The position numbers and the translations under genes are program-made. The notes beneath the pieces are model-generated. The model did not search any database. It had not been told where the DNA came from and saw only the letters and a list, made by a program, of their open reading frames with translations. A DNA stretch of 64,000 nt from sequence record NC_019521.1, one strand, 5' to 3'. Positions 16,974-26,423 of this stretch are shown piece after piece. How positions within the stretch are numbered: the first letter of the stretch is position 1; every line of letters starts with the position of its first letter.

Positions 16974-18305
16974 ATGAAACAATATTTAGACTTATTAAAT
17001 GACGTTATGACAAATGGTACTGACAAGGAACCATCACGTCAAGGTATGCCTGGAACTAGGCAACTATTTGGAAGACAGTTTTCAATAGACTTAAAGGATG
17101 GATTTCCATTGTATACGACTAAGAAATTGTCTTTCAAGAATATAGTAAACGAATTAAACTGGTTTCTGAAAGGTCATACTTCAGTAAAATTCTTAGAATA
17201 CTACAAATGTCGAATATGGCATGATGATTCTTATGTAAACTATACACGTGTAGCTAACGAAGTACTTCAACAAGCTAATTTAATTCAACAAATGTCTCAC
17301 GGTTCTGATGAACCTTTGATAAATATGTTTACTTGGCAATGTTCTTTAACCGTTCTAGAAAGTAACATGTTCAAAAGAACGAAAATAGAAGCTACTAAAG
17401 ATAACGTATTAGACTGTTACGAATTACTTTCTAAAGAAGAATACAAGAAAATGATTCGTAACTGGGGTGACAGTATTCATAGAAAATCGGTTATTGACAA
17501 TCATTTCGATTTAGACAAAGAAGTGGTAAACAACAAAATCATAAAGTTCACGAATCACGTTGATTCAAAAAATCTTCAATATAGTTCTACTCTATTCGAT
17601 AGTTGTATTGAAATTGCTACATCTTACAAATATCATTCTTATGATATTGGTGATTGTGGTGCACAATATGGATATCTTTGGAGAAATCTAAAAGCTGTCG
17701 AATCAGATGGTATTACTGTTAAGACTGTAGATCAGGTTGGTGATTTGATCTCAAGTTTAACTGATACACCATTTAGTCGTAGACATATTATCGATTCTTG
17801 GAATCCTGGAACTATCGATGAAATGGCTTTACATGCATGTCATCCAATTGTTCAGTGGGATGTAACAGAAAAAGAAGGGAAACGATATCTTTCATGTTCG
17901 TTCTATATGCGTTCAAATGATTTGTTCTTAGGTAATCCGTACAATATAGCATTTTACGCATTGTTAACCAATCTATTAGCACACGCATATAAGATGGGAT
18001 TAGGTACTTTGACATGGTCATGTGGTGATGCTCATATTTATAGTAATCATTTCGATTCAGTTAAAGAGCAATTATCACGCACACCAATGAAGTTACCTAA
18101 TTTGAATCTACCTAAAGATATGGGTTTCTTCTTACTTCAGGATTTAATTACACCGAGTGTCAAGAATCTATCATCAAGAACTGAAAATCAATTCGGTCAT
18201 CAGATTTATGTAGGACTTGATAATTATCTGGAACAAATTACAAATTCATTGGAAAACTATAACCCTTATGAATCTATTAAGGGTGAACTATCAACTGGAG
18301 CGTAA
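16974..18305 (+). CDS. thyA: Thymidylate synthase with a ~130-aa insertion
   Basis: MKQYLDLL, GFPLYTTKK, ELNWFLKG, SRRHIIDSWN, ALHACH, RSNDLFLGNPYNIAFY, GDAHIYSNH. Confidence 0.95.
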   Translation: MKQYLDLLNDVMTNGTDKEPSRQGMPGTRQLFGRQFSIDLKDGFPLYTTKKLSFKNIVNELNWFLKGHTSVKFLEYYKCRIWHDDSYVNYTRVANEVLQQANLIQQMSHGSDEPLINMFTWQCSLTVLESNMFKRTKIEATKDNVLDCYELLSKEEYKKMIRNWGDSIHRKSVIDNHFDLDKEVVNNKIIKFTNHVDSKNLQYSSTLFDSCIEIATSYKYHSYDIGDCGAQYGYLWRNLKAVESDGITVKTVDQVGDLISSLTDTPFSRRHIIDSWNPGTIDEMALHACHPIVQWDVTEKEGKRYLSCSFYMRSNDLFLGNPYNIAFYALLTNLLAHAYKMGLGTLTWSCGDAHIYSNHFDSVKEQLSRTPMKLPNLNLPKDMGFFLLQDLITPSVKNLSSRTENQFGHQIYVGLDNYLEQITNSLENYNPYESIKGELSTGA

Positions 18306-18709
18306 TGATTAGACTTTGTGAATTAGGGATTGTCGATACTGACAATCCCTCAAAAATATACAAAAGTAGATTTAGTGGACATTTAGCATTTGAAGACCGT
18401 TTGACTATTAGAATGGCTCCTGCTAAACATGTACATGCTTATCTAGATAAAGAAATTGTAGCAACATCTGACGAAACTTTAGGATTACCTATGTTTTCTA
18501 GAGAGTTTCTGAAAGAATACTGTGAAAATAACGGTGCTCAAGATTCAGTAAACATTCTATTCAGAAAGGCTTATATCGATATATCTAACGGTAAAGAAGT
18601 AACATATTTCGGATTCGAAACTGATGAACGTATAGCTACAGGTGAATTAATGATAATAGAAAAACTTGTACCAGCTTTGTCAGAAACTGGAAATGTTATC
18701 ACTAGGTGA
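18305..18709 (+). CDS. Hypothetical protein
   Basis: 134 aa, TAATG coupling to thyA. Confidence 0.75.
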   Translation: MIRLCELGIVDTDNPSKIYKSRFSGHLAFEDRLTIRMAPAKHVHAYLDKEIVATSDETLGLPMFSREFLKEYCENNGAQDSVNILFRKAYIDISNGKEVTYFGFETDERIATGELMIIEKLVPALSETGNVITR

Positions 18710-18736
18710 AACTTTTTGATAAATTCGTAGTAATAT
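18707..18736 (+). promoter_or_regulatory. Early-type promoter TGAAAC-N18-TAATAT
   Basis: Matches the class with an 18-bp spacer. Confidence 0.6.
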
Positions 18737-18771
18737 TACTTTATACAACAAATAAACATAATCATTTTTAA

Positions 18772-19599
18772 ATGGCAAAGAAACAAGAAAAAGCTGATGA
18801 GATTAAATCAATTGATGGATTGATGAGCACATTCAAAACTAGAGTTCCAAAGGAATTCATTCAACTTTTTGATGAAGTTTTATCGGTTGAAAGAGCTGGT
18901 AATTTATTCAGTCCTCTGTCTAAGATTAATTTTCCTGAGTTCTTAGAACAGTACGAAATGGGTAGTGGTGCATCATTGATTACATCAAGATACAGAGGTT
19001 ACAATCAGAATCAAGCGGTTGAGATTATTCGATATCTTACTTTCATCAAAAGTAAGCAACTTGATATCGAATTCAAAAATGCTAACAAACTTCACTGGTT
19101 ACTAGGAATGATATCGGATTTACGTGAACTTGAATTCAGTAATTCAGATGTAAATTTCGTTGAAGAACTAGGTGATGTATTATTCTTTATGCTTTCTTAT
19201 GCTATGGAATACAATGCACATTGGACTATTATTTCTGGTCTTATGCGACCTAATCCTAGAACTGTTGAATTGCAGTTAACATTCGATCAAGCTTACAGGG
19301 AATTGGCTAATTTATCTGATATCGAAAAAGGTCTTTTGACTTCAGGTAAACCTGGAAACTATTACGATGTATTTTCAGGATTAGTATCGATTTCTAGCTT
19401 AATCATCGAATGTTTACATGCTATGACGAAATCTGAAAATATCCCTGTTGTTACATTACATGAAGCTCTTTCATTAGTAATTGTAACTAACATGGAAAAA
19501 CTCGGATATCGTTACAAAAATTCTTACAACGCTGATGAAGACATTCAACGTAATACCGTAACAGAGGAATCTGTTATGAGTAAAGAAATCTCAAAATAA
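18772..19599 (+). CDS. MazG-like (all-alpha) NTP pyrophosphohydrolase
   Basis: FVEELGDVLFF and TNMEKLGYRY motifs. Confidence 0.75.
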   Translation: MAKKQEKADEIKSIDGLMSTFKTRVPKEFIQLFDEVLSVERAGNLFSPLSKINFPEFLEQYEMGSGASLITSRYRGYNQNQAVEIIRYLTFIKSKQLDIEFKNANKLHWLLGMISDLRELEFSNSDVNFVEELGDVLFFMLSYAMEYNAHWTIISGLMRPNPRTVELQLTFDQAYRELANLSDIEKGLLTSGKPGNYYDVFSGLVSISSLIIECLHAMTKSENIPVVTLHEALSLVIVTNMEKLGYRYKNSYNADEDIQRNTVTEESVMSKEISK

Positions 19600-19625
19600 G
19601 AAACCTTTGTTAAATTAATAGTGCT

Positions 19626-19655
19626 AAACGTATCGATAGAAATATCGATACGTTT
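19626..19655 (+). terminator. Hairpin/terminator
   Basis: AAACGTATCGATA-GAAA-TATCGATACGTTT, 13-bp perfect stem. Confidence 0.75.
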
Positions 19656-19674
19656 CTAATCTTATCTGTAAACT

Positions 19675-20238
19675 ATGGAAAATCTAACAATTGAACATAT
19701 ATGTAATCTAATCCCTTACGAAACTTTAGTGTTCAATAAAAATCACCATTCCGATTATACTGGAATCAAATACGCTAAACTAAATGGATGCTATCCATTA
19801 TACAAAGATGGTGAACCATCATGGCATTATACTACGGATTCAAATTCTACGGGTGCTAGTCTAAAGGATTGTAAACCGATTCTAATAAGTCCATACGGAT
19901 TATCATTTAACAATTTAAATGGATTATATTTAGAAGAACATTTAGATAAATCTGAAATATCTGAATGGTCTTACATATATGACCGCATACAAGTTAAATG
20001 GAAGGAAGTAACATCAGCTCCAATTATTGTAGATTCTAGATTAGCTATCAAAGTTATTACTACAGTAATCAATTCTCTCGGTATTGAAAGAATTAGAATC
20101 GCTAGAAAACTACACATCGATTTAGATGATCTGATAACAAAAAGTTTAGCGATAGACCTAAACGATTTATCAGAGTTTCAAGACTTCAGAGAGTTCTATA
20201 GAAAAACATACAATCGTAAAGACTTTAAAGACTTGTAA
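19675..20238 (+). CDS. Hypothetical protein
   Basis: 187-aa ORF. Confidence 0.75.
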   Translation: MENLTIEHICNLIPYETLVFNKNHHSDYTGIKYAKLNGCYPLYKDGEPSWHYTTDSNSTGASLKDCKPILISPYGLSFNNLNGLYLEEHLDKSEISEWSYIYDRIQVKWKEVTSAPIIVDSRLAIKVITTVINSLGIERIRIARKLHIDLDDLITKSLAIDLNDLSEFQDFREFYRKTYNRKDFKDL

Positions 20239-20239
20239 C

Positions 20240-20791
20240 ATGTCAATAACTAAAAACACTTGGTCAAGACATCCGAAATCGTCAACAACTAATTACGAAT
20301 TCTCTAGTCAAGGCGATAAACGATTCTCACCTTTATTTGCAAAACTTAGAGACGGTAGGACTATCGAACAAGCATACCAATTAGACGTAAAAGGTCATAG
20401 AATTAGAACCAATGATTGGTTACTAGCTAAAGGTAAACCACCTTTAAACGATAAAACTGTAGCTCAACTTTATTCTGAATTCAAAGAATTAGTTATTCGT
20501 TTCTTGAAAGAAAACATGAAACTGTTAAAAGAATTCATAGAGATAGCTAAACGACATGAAAACTTTATTGATAGATTCGCAACAACTGAAATCAATCAAG
20601 CTAGAGCTTACAGTGAAATTGCTAACGAATTACGTAATGGTTCATTAACAATAGAATTAGAACCAGAACCTGAGGACTTATATGAAGCTACAAGAACATA
20701 TGAAAGATGTGTTATCTGTAATATGGAAACGAATTTGTGGCATAAAGAAACTAATACACCTATCTGCGAATTCTGTGCAGTTTTAACATAA
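20240..20791 (+). CDS. NADAR-like protein with a C-terminal CxxC..CxxC zinc finger
   Basis: FSPLFAKLRDGRTIEQAYQLDVK resembles the NADAR S-x-F..DG..E..YQ..K core; ends CVIC...CEFC. Confidence 0.5.
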   Translation: MSITKNTWSRHPKSSTTNYEFSSQGDKRFSPLFAKLRDGRTIEQAYQLDVKGHRIRTNDWLLAKGKPPLNDKTVAQLYSEFKELVIRFLKENMKLLKEFIEIAKRHENFIDRFATTEINQARAYSEIANELRNGSLTIELEPEPEDLYEATRTYERCVICNMETNLWHKETNTPICEFCAVLT

Positions 20792-20798
20792 TAACGAT

Positions 20799-21047
20799 AT
20801 GATACATTTACCAAATGAAAGTTTCGATGAAACTGGATTATACTCATTACTTAAACGATTAGTTGAAAGTTTCAAAAGTTTAGAAGGTTGCGATGAGATA
20901 CCAGTATTGAAACTTAAAGTTAGTTTGTCTGAATCTGTTAAAGACTTAGCTAAAAACATAATTAGCTTCTATAATAACGATTTGAAAATAGTTAATAGAA
21001 CTAAAGAATACGTTGAATCTAATCTGAAACTGTTTTCATTCTATTAG
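20799..21047 (+). CDS. Hypothetical protein
   Basis: 82-aa ORF. Confidence 0.7.
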   Translation: MIHLPNESFDETGLYSLLKRLVESFKSLEGCDEIPVLKLKVSLSESVKDLAKNIISFYNNDLKIVNRTKEYVESNLKLFSFY

Positions 21048-21053
21048 TATAAT
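21025..21053 (+). promoter_or_regulatory. Early-type promoter TGAAAC-N17-TATAAT
   Basis: Exact consensus. Confidence 0.75.
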
Positions 21054-21085
21054 ATTCTTATCTGTTACTTATTTATTTTTAAACT

Positions 21086-21619
21086 ATGACTAATTCATTT
21101 TTCTTAGCTAATGTAAAAATAGCCGAAAGTGTATCTTACGACATGCAAATAATGGCTAACGGTTCGATAATCGAATTCAATGATTTCGATAGATATAAAA
21201 TCCTATCATCTAAAATAGATGCAGTAAATAAAACTGCTATCTATAATATAGAGCTATATCATGAACCTAACATTTTCAAAATTCATAATGCGAAATTAAT
21301 AGAAAGAACATTTGAAGCTAAATCCGAAATAAGGTTTTTCGTTCATACACAAAAGGCTATTAATAATGGCTGTCCAAATGATAGAATCTTTTTGACAGTA
21401 TCGGAAGAATCAGGCTTTTTCGTAGCATGGAAATTGCAATTTAAAAATGGTCTATTGTCATTCGGTGATCATTCGTTTAATGGAAAATATTCTTTAGATG
21501 AAGCTATAATTAAGGGTAAAACTTGGAATTCTAAGGATTATCCAACAGCTCACTTCAAAAAAGATTCTTTCTATAAAGAAATATCATTGGAATCTGTTAA
21601 AAAATTAATATCATGTTAA
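21086..21619 (+). CDS. Hypothetical protein
   Basis: 177-aa ORF. Confidence 0.75.
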   Translation: MTNSFFLANVKIAESVSYDMQIMANGSIIEFNDFDRYKILSSKIDAVNKTAIYNIELYHEPNIFKIHNAKLIERTFEAKSEIRFFVHTQKAINNGCPNDRIFLTVSEESGFFVAWKLQFKNGLLSFGDHSFNGKYSLDEAIIKGKTWNSKDYPTAHFKKDSFYKEISLESVKKLISC

Positions 21620-21909
21620 TCCTATTAAACGCTTCAATTTCTGCATTAACTGCAGCACTTCTTGTTTCGAAATCTGATCCTAATAACGAAATCGATAGAT
21701 ACTTTACTTTGGGTATATTGTTAGTTCTATTAGCTACATTGATTTGGGCTTGTGTCGATTTCTATAATCTGGAAAGATCGTTTAGAAAACAGTCCAATCG
21801 TTTAGCTGAACTCCGTAAACCTTATTTATTACAAAAGGACGTAAAGATTGATGAAAAAGAAATTCAGGAAGCTAATAACAGAATTCAAAAGTTTCTAAAA
21901 AGTAAATAA
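21613..21909 (+). CDS. Hypothetical membrane protein (2 TM)
   Basis: Two hydrophobic segments followed by a charged tail. Confidence 0.7.
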   Translation: MLILLNASISALTAALLVSKSDPNNEIDRYFTLGILLVLLATLIWACVDFYNLERSFRKQSNRLAELRKPYLLQKDVKIDEKEIQEANNRIQKFLKSK

Positions 21910-21910
21910 T

Positions 21911-22525
21911 ATGGGATGTCATACTTGGTTCTACGTACTCCATAAAACGTTAAACAATAAGAAAGCTATTACAGAATTAGCTTTGAATAACTGTCAAAAG
22001 AATATCAAAAGTGTAAATATCTATGCTGATTCTATTACTGAGTTCATGGAAGAAGGTGATAGTCCTGAAAATGCACATTTGAAAGCTCTACGTAGATATT
22101 GGGACAGTTTTAAATCGACAGAAAATTCTGTAGAAATATCAGATGAAGAATTGTTAGATTTCTATGATAGTATTAATCTATTCGAGGAATACGCTTATCT
22201 GATCGAATCTAAAACAAAAATCGAAGAAGGTGATTATGATACGATCATGGATTTTTGTTTCGACTATGTCCAAGATTACGAAAGAAAAACTTGGCAGTTA
22301 TACGTTCAAGATACAACTATGAGCAATGAACCAAGAGTTGCAAACTATCCACCAATAATCATACGTTCATTTCAGCAGTTTAAGAATTGTTTCAATAACG
22401 GTGTAAAGGATCAAGATGGTAAGATTCAACAATTTAGATACAATGAAGAACGTTTGGATAGATTTATGAATCAGATAGAACAATTTTTTAAGGACAATCC
22501 GAAAGGACTAATGACATTTGGATAA
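21911..22525 (+). CDS. Hypothetical protein
   Basis: 204 aa, starts MGCHTWFY. Confidence 0.75.
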   Translation: MGCHTWFYVLHKTLNNKKAITELALNNCQKNIKSVNIYADSITEFMEEGDSPENAHLKALRRYWDSFKSTENSVEISDEELLDFYDSINLFEEYAYLIESKTKIEEGDYDTIMDFCFDYVQDYERKTWQLYVQDTTMSNEPRVANYPPIIIRSFQQFKNCFNNGVKDQDGKIQQFRYNEERLDRFMNQIEQFFKDNPKGLMTFG

Positions 22526-22919
22526 CATGAAAAAGAAAAAGAAAACTCTAAAATTCTATAGGACTCCATCTTATGACAATCCTACAAGTTTCTATGTAGG
22601 TAACTATACTCTTAGCAATAATCCATTTGAAGGAGTTAATAGATTGATATATGACGATGTCAGAGGATTGAGGTTCGAATTAGATTCGTTAGAAACTAAA
22701 GAAAGCTTTGAAAAACTATTACAAGAGATTGTTGATATTAAATCTAAGGAATTGCATTTTTATCATCTGTCAATACTTACACATAAGACTACGAATACTG
22801 TTGAAGTAATTACTAGATGGATAGCTGATGAATTAAGAATTAAAGCAGTTAAAAGTGTCTTACGAAGATTGGGTAAGTACGAAATCGAAATTATAGAAAA
22901 GGTTCCTAATCAAATCTAA
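22518..22919 (+). CDS. Hypothetical protein
   Basis: 133 aa, overlapping coupling. Confidence 0.7.
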   Translation: MDNMKKKKKTLKFYRTPSYDNPTSFYVGNYTLSNNPFEGVNRLIYDDVRGLRFELDSLETKESFEKLLQEIVDIKSKELHFYHLSILTHKTTNTVEVITRWIADELRIKAVKSVLRRLGKYEIEIIEKVPNQI

Positions 22920-22924
22920 TTACA

Positions 22925-23725
22925 ATGAAATTCATCAAAGTAAAACATAACAGTAGATTCTGTAAAGAACATTCAACTCCAGATTCTTGGAAACTTATCT
23001 TAACAGAACATTCAGATTATCTGTCATATCGTGAGATGTCTGAACGTAGAGAAATTCAATCTTTCTTACAAGCCCCTTGGTCTGATCGTGAATTATCACA
23101 CGCTTCTGATAGTACATGTAAGAAGAAAATGATGATAAAAATCATAGCTGAATCTCGTGGAATATCTTTGATTGAAGCTTTGACTGTTACGTTAGAATCA
23201 AAATACGAAACTATTAAAAGTATGATAGAATACGGTAAGTCAGTTTTAGTAAACGAAACTGGTTCGTATTCTGACATGGATTCTTATTTTGATATACATG
23301 AATGTGAGATAGTGAAAACATTAGAATCTGAAGGTATTGTATTTCCAGTAAATGATAGTTTCGATCCTTTAAATAATGAATCAATTCTTTTAGAAAATCA
23401 TGAAAGAACTGAACGTTCTGAATCCGGTTTAGCTAGAAGATTTGATGAATATTTCAAATGTGAAGTTCCAGAAGATTTAGGTCTTATATTCGATTTAAGA
23501 AATCGTGACAGGGAATGGTTATTACGTTCTATCATGAATTCGAAAAATATCTACACTTCCACAACAGCTCAAGATTTCAAACAAATTACAGATTTGTACA
23601 ATCAACTTAAAGAACTTAGAGTTTCCGATAAGACTTTACATATTTGCGTACATGGTAGTAACGCTAAGAAGAAAATCGAAGAATTGTTTGAGAACGAAGT
23701 TTATAACAAAGTAATCATTTACTAG
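22925..23725 (+). CDS. Hypothetical protein
   Basis: 266-aa ORF. Confidence 0.75.
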   Translation: MKFIKVKHNSRFCKEHSTPDSWKLILTEHSDYLSYREMSERREIQSFLQAPWSDRELSHASDSTCKKKMMIKIIAESRGISLIEALTVTLESKYETIKSMIEYGKSVLVNETGSYSDMDSYFDIHECEIVKTLESEGIVFPVNDSFDPLNNESILLENHERTERSESGLARRFDEYFKCEVPEDLGLIFDLRNRDREWLLRSIMNSKNIYTSTTAQDFKQITDLYNQLKELRVSDKTLHICVHGSNAKKKIEELFENEVYNKVIIY

Positions 23726-23727
23726 AA

Positions 23728-24102
23728 ATGACTGAAAGAAAAACTTTTACGAAATGGATCGAAGATTCTAGAAATGAATTATCGTCAACATTCGAACATA
23801 TAAATAATTCTATCGTTTTGTATCATAGAAATAAAATTTGGGCTATCAAATATGTAGGCATGCTAAGTTTCAAAGATAGTGATGTTACATTCGAAATATA
23901 CAAATATGGTTCACATAAACATATGGAAGCGTTTAGTGTTAATTCTTCTATCATTGGTGAGATATACGAATTCGACAATCCTAAAAGGGAATGTATCAAA
24001 ATAGAATTTACTTATGAAAGATTTATCGAAAGATTGAAATTGATAGTGGATTATTTGATAGACTATTGTAAAAATTCTAGTAAAGTTAGGTACTATTATT
24101 AA
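23728..24102 (+). CDS. Hypothetical protein
   Basis: 124-aa ORF. Confidence 0.7.
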   Translation: MTERKTFTKWIEDSRNELSSTFEHINNSIVLYHRNKIWAIKYVGMLSFKDSDVTFEIYKYGSHKHMEAFSVNSSIIGEIYEFDNPKRECIKIEFTYERFIERLKLIVDYLIDYCKNSSKVRYYY

Positions 24103-24112
24103 AAGAAATTAT

Positions 24113-25054
24113 ATGAAAGCAGAGAAGTTAACGAACGAACATCACAGCTATATGCGTATGGCTAAAACTTGGGCTGATGATCAATCCTATGCTAAACGTA
24201 GAAAGGTTGGAGCTTTAGTTGTAAAGGATGGTCAGATTTTATCACATGGTCATAATGGAACTATTTCAGGTTTCAATAATGCATGCGAAGATGAAACTGA
24301 GCAAACTTATAATGAACATGTTTTACATGCTGAATCTAACACATTGATGAAATTGGCTAGAAATGGTGGTAACGGTTCTAACGGTGCTATTATGTATTGT
24401 ACTGACACTCCTTGTGTAAACTGTGCTAAACTAATCAAACAGTCTGGAATCAAAACTTTCTATTACGAAAGAGAATACTGGGATTTGTCAGGTTTAGATT
24501 TACTATTAATGTCAGGTGTTGAAGTAATTAGAATCGATTCTTCTACAGGTCTATTACATAAATTGGACCTTAAGGATGACGCTTCATATTTCAGGAAAGA
24601 AAATCTTGGATTAGTACATAAAATGGATAGAACTATCGAGGAGCTTTTCATGAAACTTAACGATTTCTGGGGACCTAAGTATTATGGGAAACTTACTAAC
24701 GGACCTACTGATGTACTTTTGAAACGTAATAAAATCGTTATTAAAATAGCTCTTAAGAAAGACGCTCCAAAGGAAATACATGATGTAACTGACGAAGATT
24801 TCATATCAACTATGAATTCGTTTAATCTTGATACAATGTTCGTTGACGAATCCGGTAATGTTTCAGATGAACGTTCTGATTATCGATCAATAGTAATAAA
24901 CGTAACAACTAAAGACTATTGGGATAGATACGAAAGAGATACTCTATTCTATGGTTATAAACTATCTGATATAGCTTATATCAAATTCGAACCTTTGAAC
25001 CCGGAACCAGCTGTTAAAGTGAATAGTCATGAAGATGTAGAAATTCATTTGTAA
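24113..25054 (+). CDS. dCMP deaminase with a ~170-aa C-terminal extension
   Basis: RRKVGALVVKDG..ILSHGHNG, LHAESN, TDTPCVNCAKLIKQSGI zinc-deaminase motifs. Confidence 0.92.
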   Translation: MKAEKLTNEHHSYMRMAKTWADDQSYAKRRKVGALVVKDGQILSHGHNGTISGFNNACEDETEQTYNEHVLHAESNTLMKLARNGGNGSNGAIMYCTDTPCVNCAKLIKQSGIKTFYYEREYWDLSGLDLLLMSGVEVIRIDSSTGLLHKLDLKDDASYFRKENLGLVHKMDRTIEELFMKLNDFWGPKYYGKLTNGPTDVLLKRNKIVIKIALKKDAPKEIHDVTDEDFISTMNSFNLDTMFVDESGNVSDERSDYRSIVINVTTKDYWDRYERDTLFYGYKLSDIAYIKFEPLNPEPAVKVNSHEDVEIHL

Positions 25055-25057
25055 GGT

Positions 25058-25066
25058 TATACATAT
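25058..25066 (+). promoter_or_regulatory. Late-type promoter TATACATAT, 3 nt before an ATG
   Basis: Exact motif. Confidence 0.7.
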
Positions 25067-25069
25067 TAC

Positions 25070-25465
25070 ATGAAAACTCTAGTGGAAACGATAACAGATT
25101 CTAAGAAAGCTTTAAACATAATCGAAACTATTCTACTTTCTTATAGTAGAGGTATTATAACTGAAGATACTACATTTAATGCCGGTGCTTTAGTTAGAAA
25201 GGGTACAGCTTTATGGACTGGTATGCAATTACTTATCAAAACTTATGCTATTCATGGAACTAGAAAAGTTAAGAAATTACCGGAATCTAATCAAACTGAG
25301 TTAAGTATCGAAATTAAAATTCCCCATACGTTTTACTGGTATAAGATCGATAAGGAGGTTACTAAGAACAAAGTTTACAAACTTCTTTATACTACATTCT
25401 CAGAAAATACTAAGAAACGATATAATGATTCTGATGGATTTATAACCGTTGAAGAAATAAGATAA
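25070..25465 (+). CDS. Hypothetical late protein, capsid-targeting-like N-terminus
   Basis: Starts MKTLVE; late promoter immediately upstream. Confidence 0.65.
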   Translation: MKTLVETITDSKKALNIIETILLSYSRGIITEDTTFNAGALVRKGTALWTGMQLLIKTYAIHGTRKVKKLPESNQTELSIEIKIPHTFYWYKIDKEVTKNKVYKLLYTTFSENTKKRYNDSDGFITVEEIR

Positions 25466-25469
25466 ATCT

Positions 25470-25511
25470 AAACCCATGTAACTGAAACTTACATGGGTTT
25501 CGTAGTATAAT
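25470..25511 (+). promoter_or_regulatory. Hairpin-embedded early promoter
   Basis: AAACCCATGTAA-cTGAAAC-TTACATGGGTTT-cgtag-TATAAT. Confidence 0.85.
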
Positions 25512-25529
25512 TTAAAAAATATTACAATA

Positions 25530-26063
25530 ATGAAATCATTATATAACATGTTTCTAGACGCAATATCAGAAACTAAACTATTCGAACAAGCATTTAAACG
25601 TAAAGATTTACTTAAGAAATTACAGAACGAATCTGATATGATAGTATTACATTTGATTAAAATAGCAATACTAAAACATACTCATTCTGATACTGTTGAT
25701 CATTGGAAACGTGAAATATCATCAGTGTTTTCTAATAAGCTCAAAGCTGATACTAAATCTGGTAATTTGAAACATAATGATTTTTACGAAAATCTATATG
25801 ATACACCACATACGGATTCTAAAGGATTAATATCTTTAATGACGTTAGGAATGTTCAGGAATTTAATTGAGGACGATTACGAAGAATCTGATTTGTTCTT
25901 GACTGATTCGTATATTAACGATACCAATTTTATCAAAAGATTATCAAAACATCTTGAAACGTTTTACAATGAAGCTTCAAATGTGATGATAGACAAATCA
26001 AAAAGATTATCTATAAGATCGTATATACTAGATTTACTTAATAATTTCGAATCAAATTTTTAA
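25530..26063 (+). CDS. DUF29-like helical protein
   Basis: IVLHLIKIA..HWKREI resembles the DUF29 HLLKW..W..I motif. Confidence 0.45.
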   Translation: MKSLYNMFLDAISETKLFEQAFKRKDLLKKLQNESDMIVLHLIKIAILKHTHSDTVDHWKREISSVFSNKLKADTKSGNLKHNDFYENLYDTPHTDSKGLISLMTLGMFRNLIEDDYEESDLFLTDSYINDTNFIKRLSKHLETFYNEASNVMIDKSKRLSIRSYILDLLNNFESNF

Positions 26064-26067
26064 TAAC

Positions 26068-26277
26068 ATGAACAATATTCAATTCCTAAAAATCAACAAA
26101 ATCGTAGGGGTAAACGTAAATCAGAAAGTATTGAAATCGACAATACAAGTTTCAGAAATATCAGAAATAACAGAAATTACTAATACTGGTTACAGTAGAG
26201 TAAGAATACTTAAAACTAATGGTGAAAGTTTTATGTGTGAAAATGATTTTGATGAGTTATTTATGAAATTACCATAA
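26068..26277 (+). CDS. Hypothetical protein
   Basis: 69-aa ORF. Confidence 0.65.
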   Translation: MNNIQFLKINKIVGVNVNQKVLKSTIQVSEISEITEITNTGYSRVRILKTNGESFMCENDFDELFMKLP

Positions 26278-26302
26278 TTTAATTAAAAATCGATAGTAAA
26301 AT

Positions 26303-26345
26303 AAACCCTTGGAAACTGAAACTTTCAAGGGTTTCGTAGTATAAT
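26303..26345 (+). promoter_or_regulatory. Hairpin-embedded early promoter
   Basis: AAACCCTTGGAA-acTGAAAC-TTTCAAGGGTTT-cgtag-TATAAT. Confidence 0.85.
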
Positions 26346-26386
26346 TACTTTATAACAAAATAAAGTAATTTGATTCTTTCAGAATC

Positions 26387-26395
26387 TATACATAC
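26387..26395 (+). promoter_or_regulatory. Late-type promoter variant TATACATAC
   Basis: One mismatch to the consensus, upstream of the topoisomerase gene. Confidence 0.45.
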
Positions 26396-26423
26396 AATAT
26401 AATCAAAACTATTCATTTCAAAT

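Noticed and set aside
17244-17640. Intein or group I intron in thyA (as in T4 td)
   Set aside because: The frame is continuous, and the insert lacks an N-terminal C/S block-A and a C-terminal HN followed by C/S/T.
16974-25054. Hypermodified-base pathway (hmC, dZ, 7-deazaguanine)
   Set aside because: ThyA keeps the dUMP-specifying Asn, and no PurZ, Que-pathway, glycosyltransferase or hydroxymethylase genes are visible in this window.
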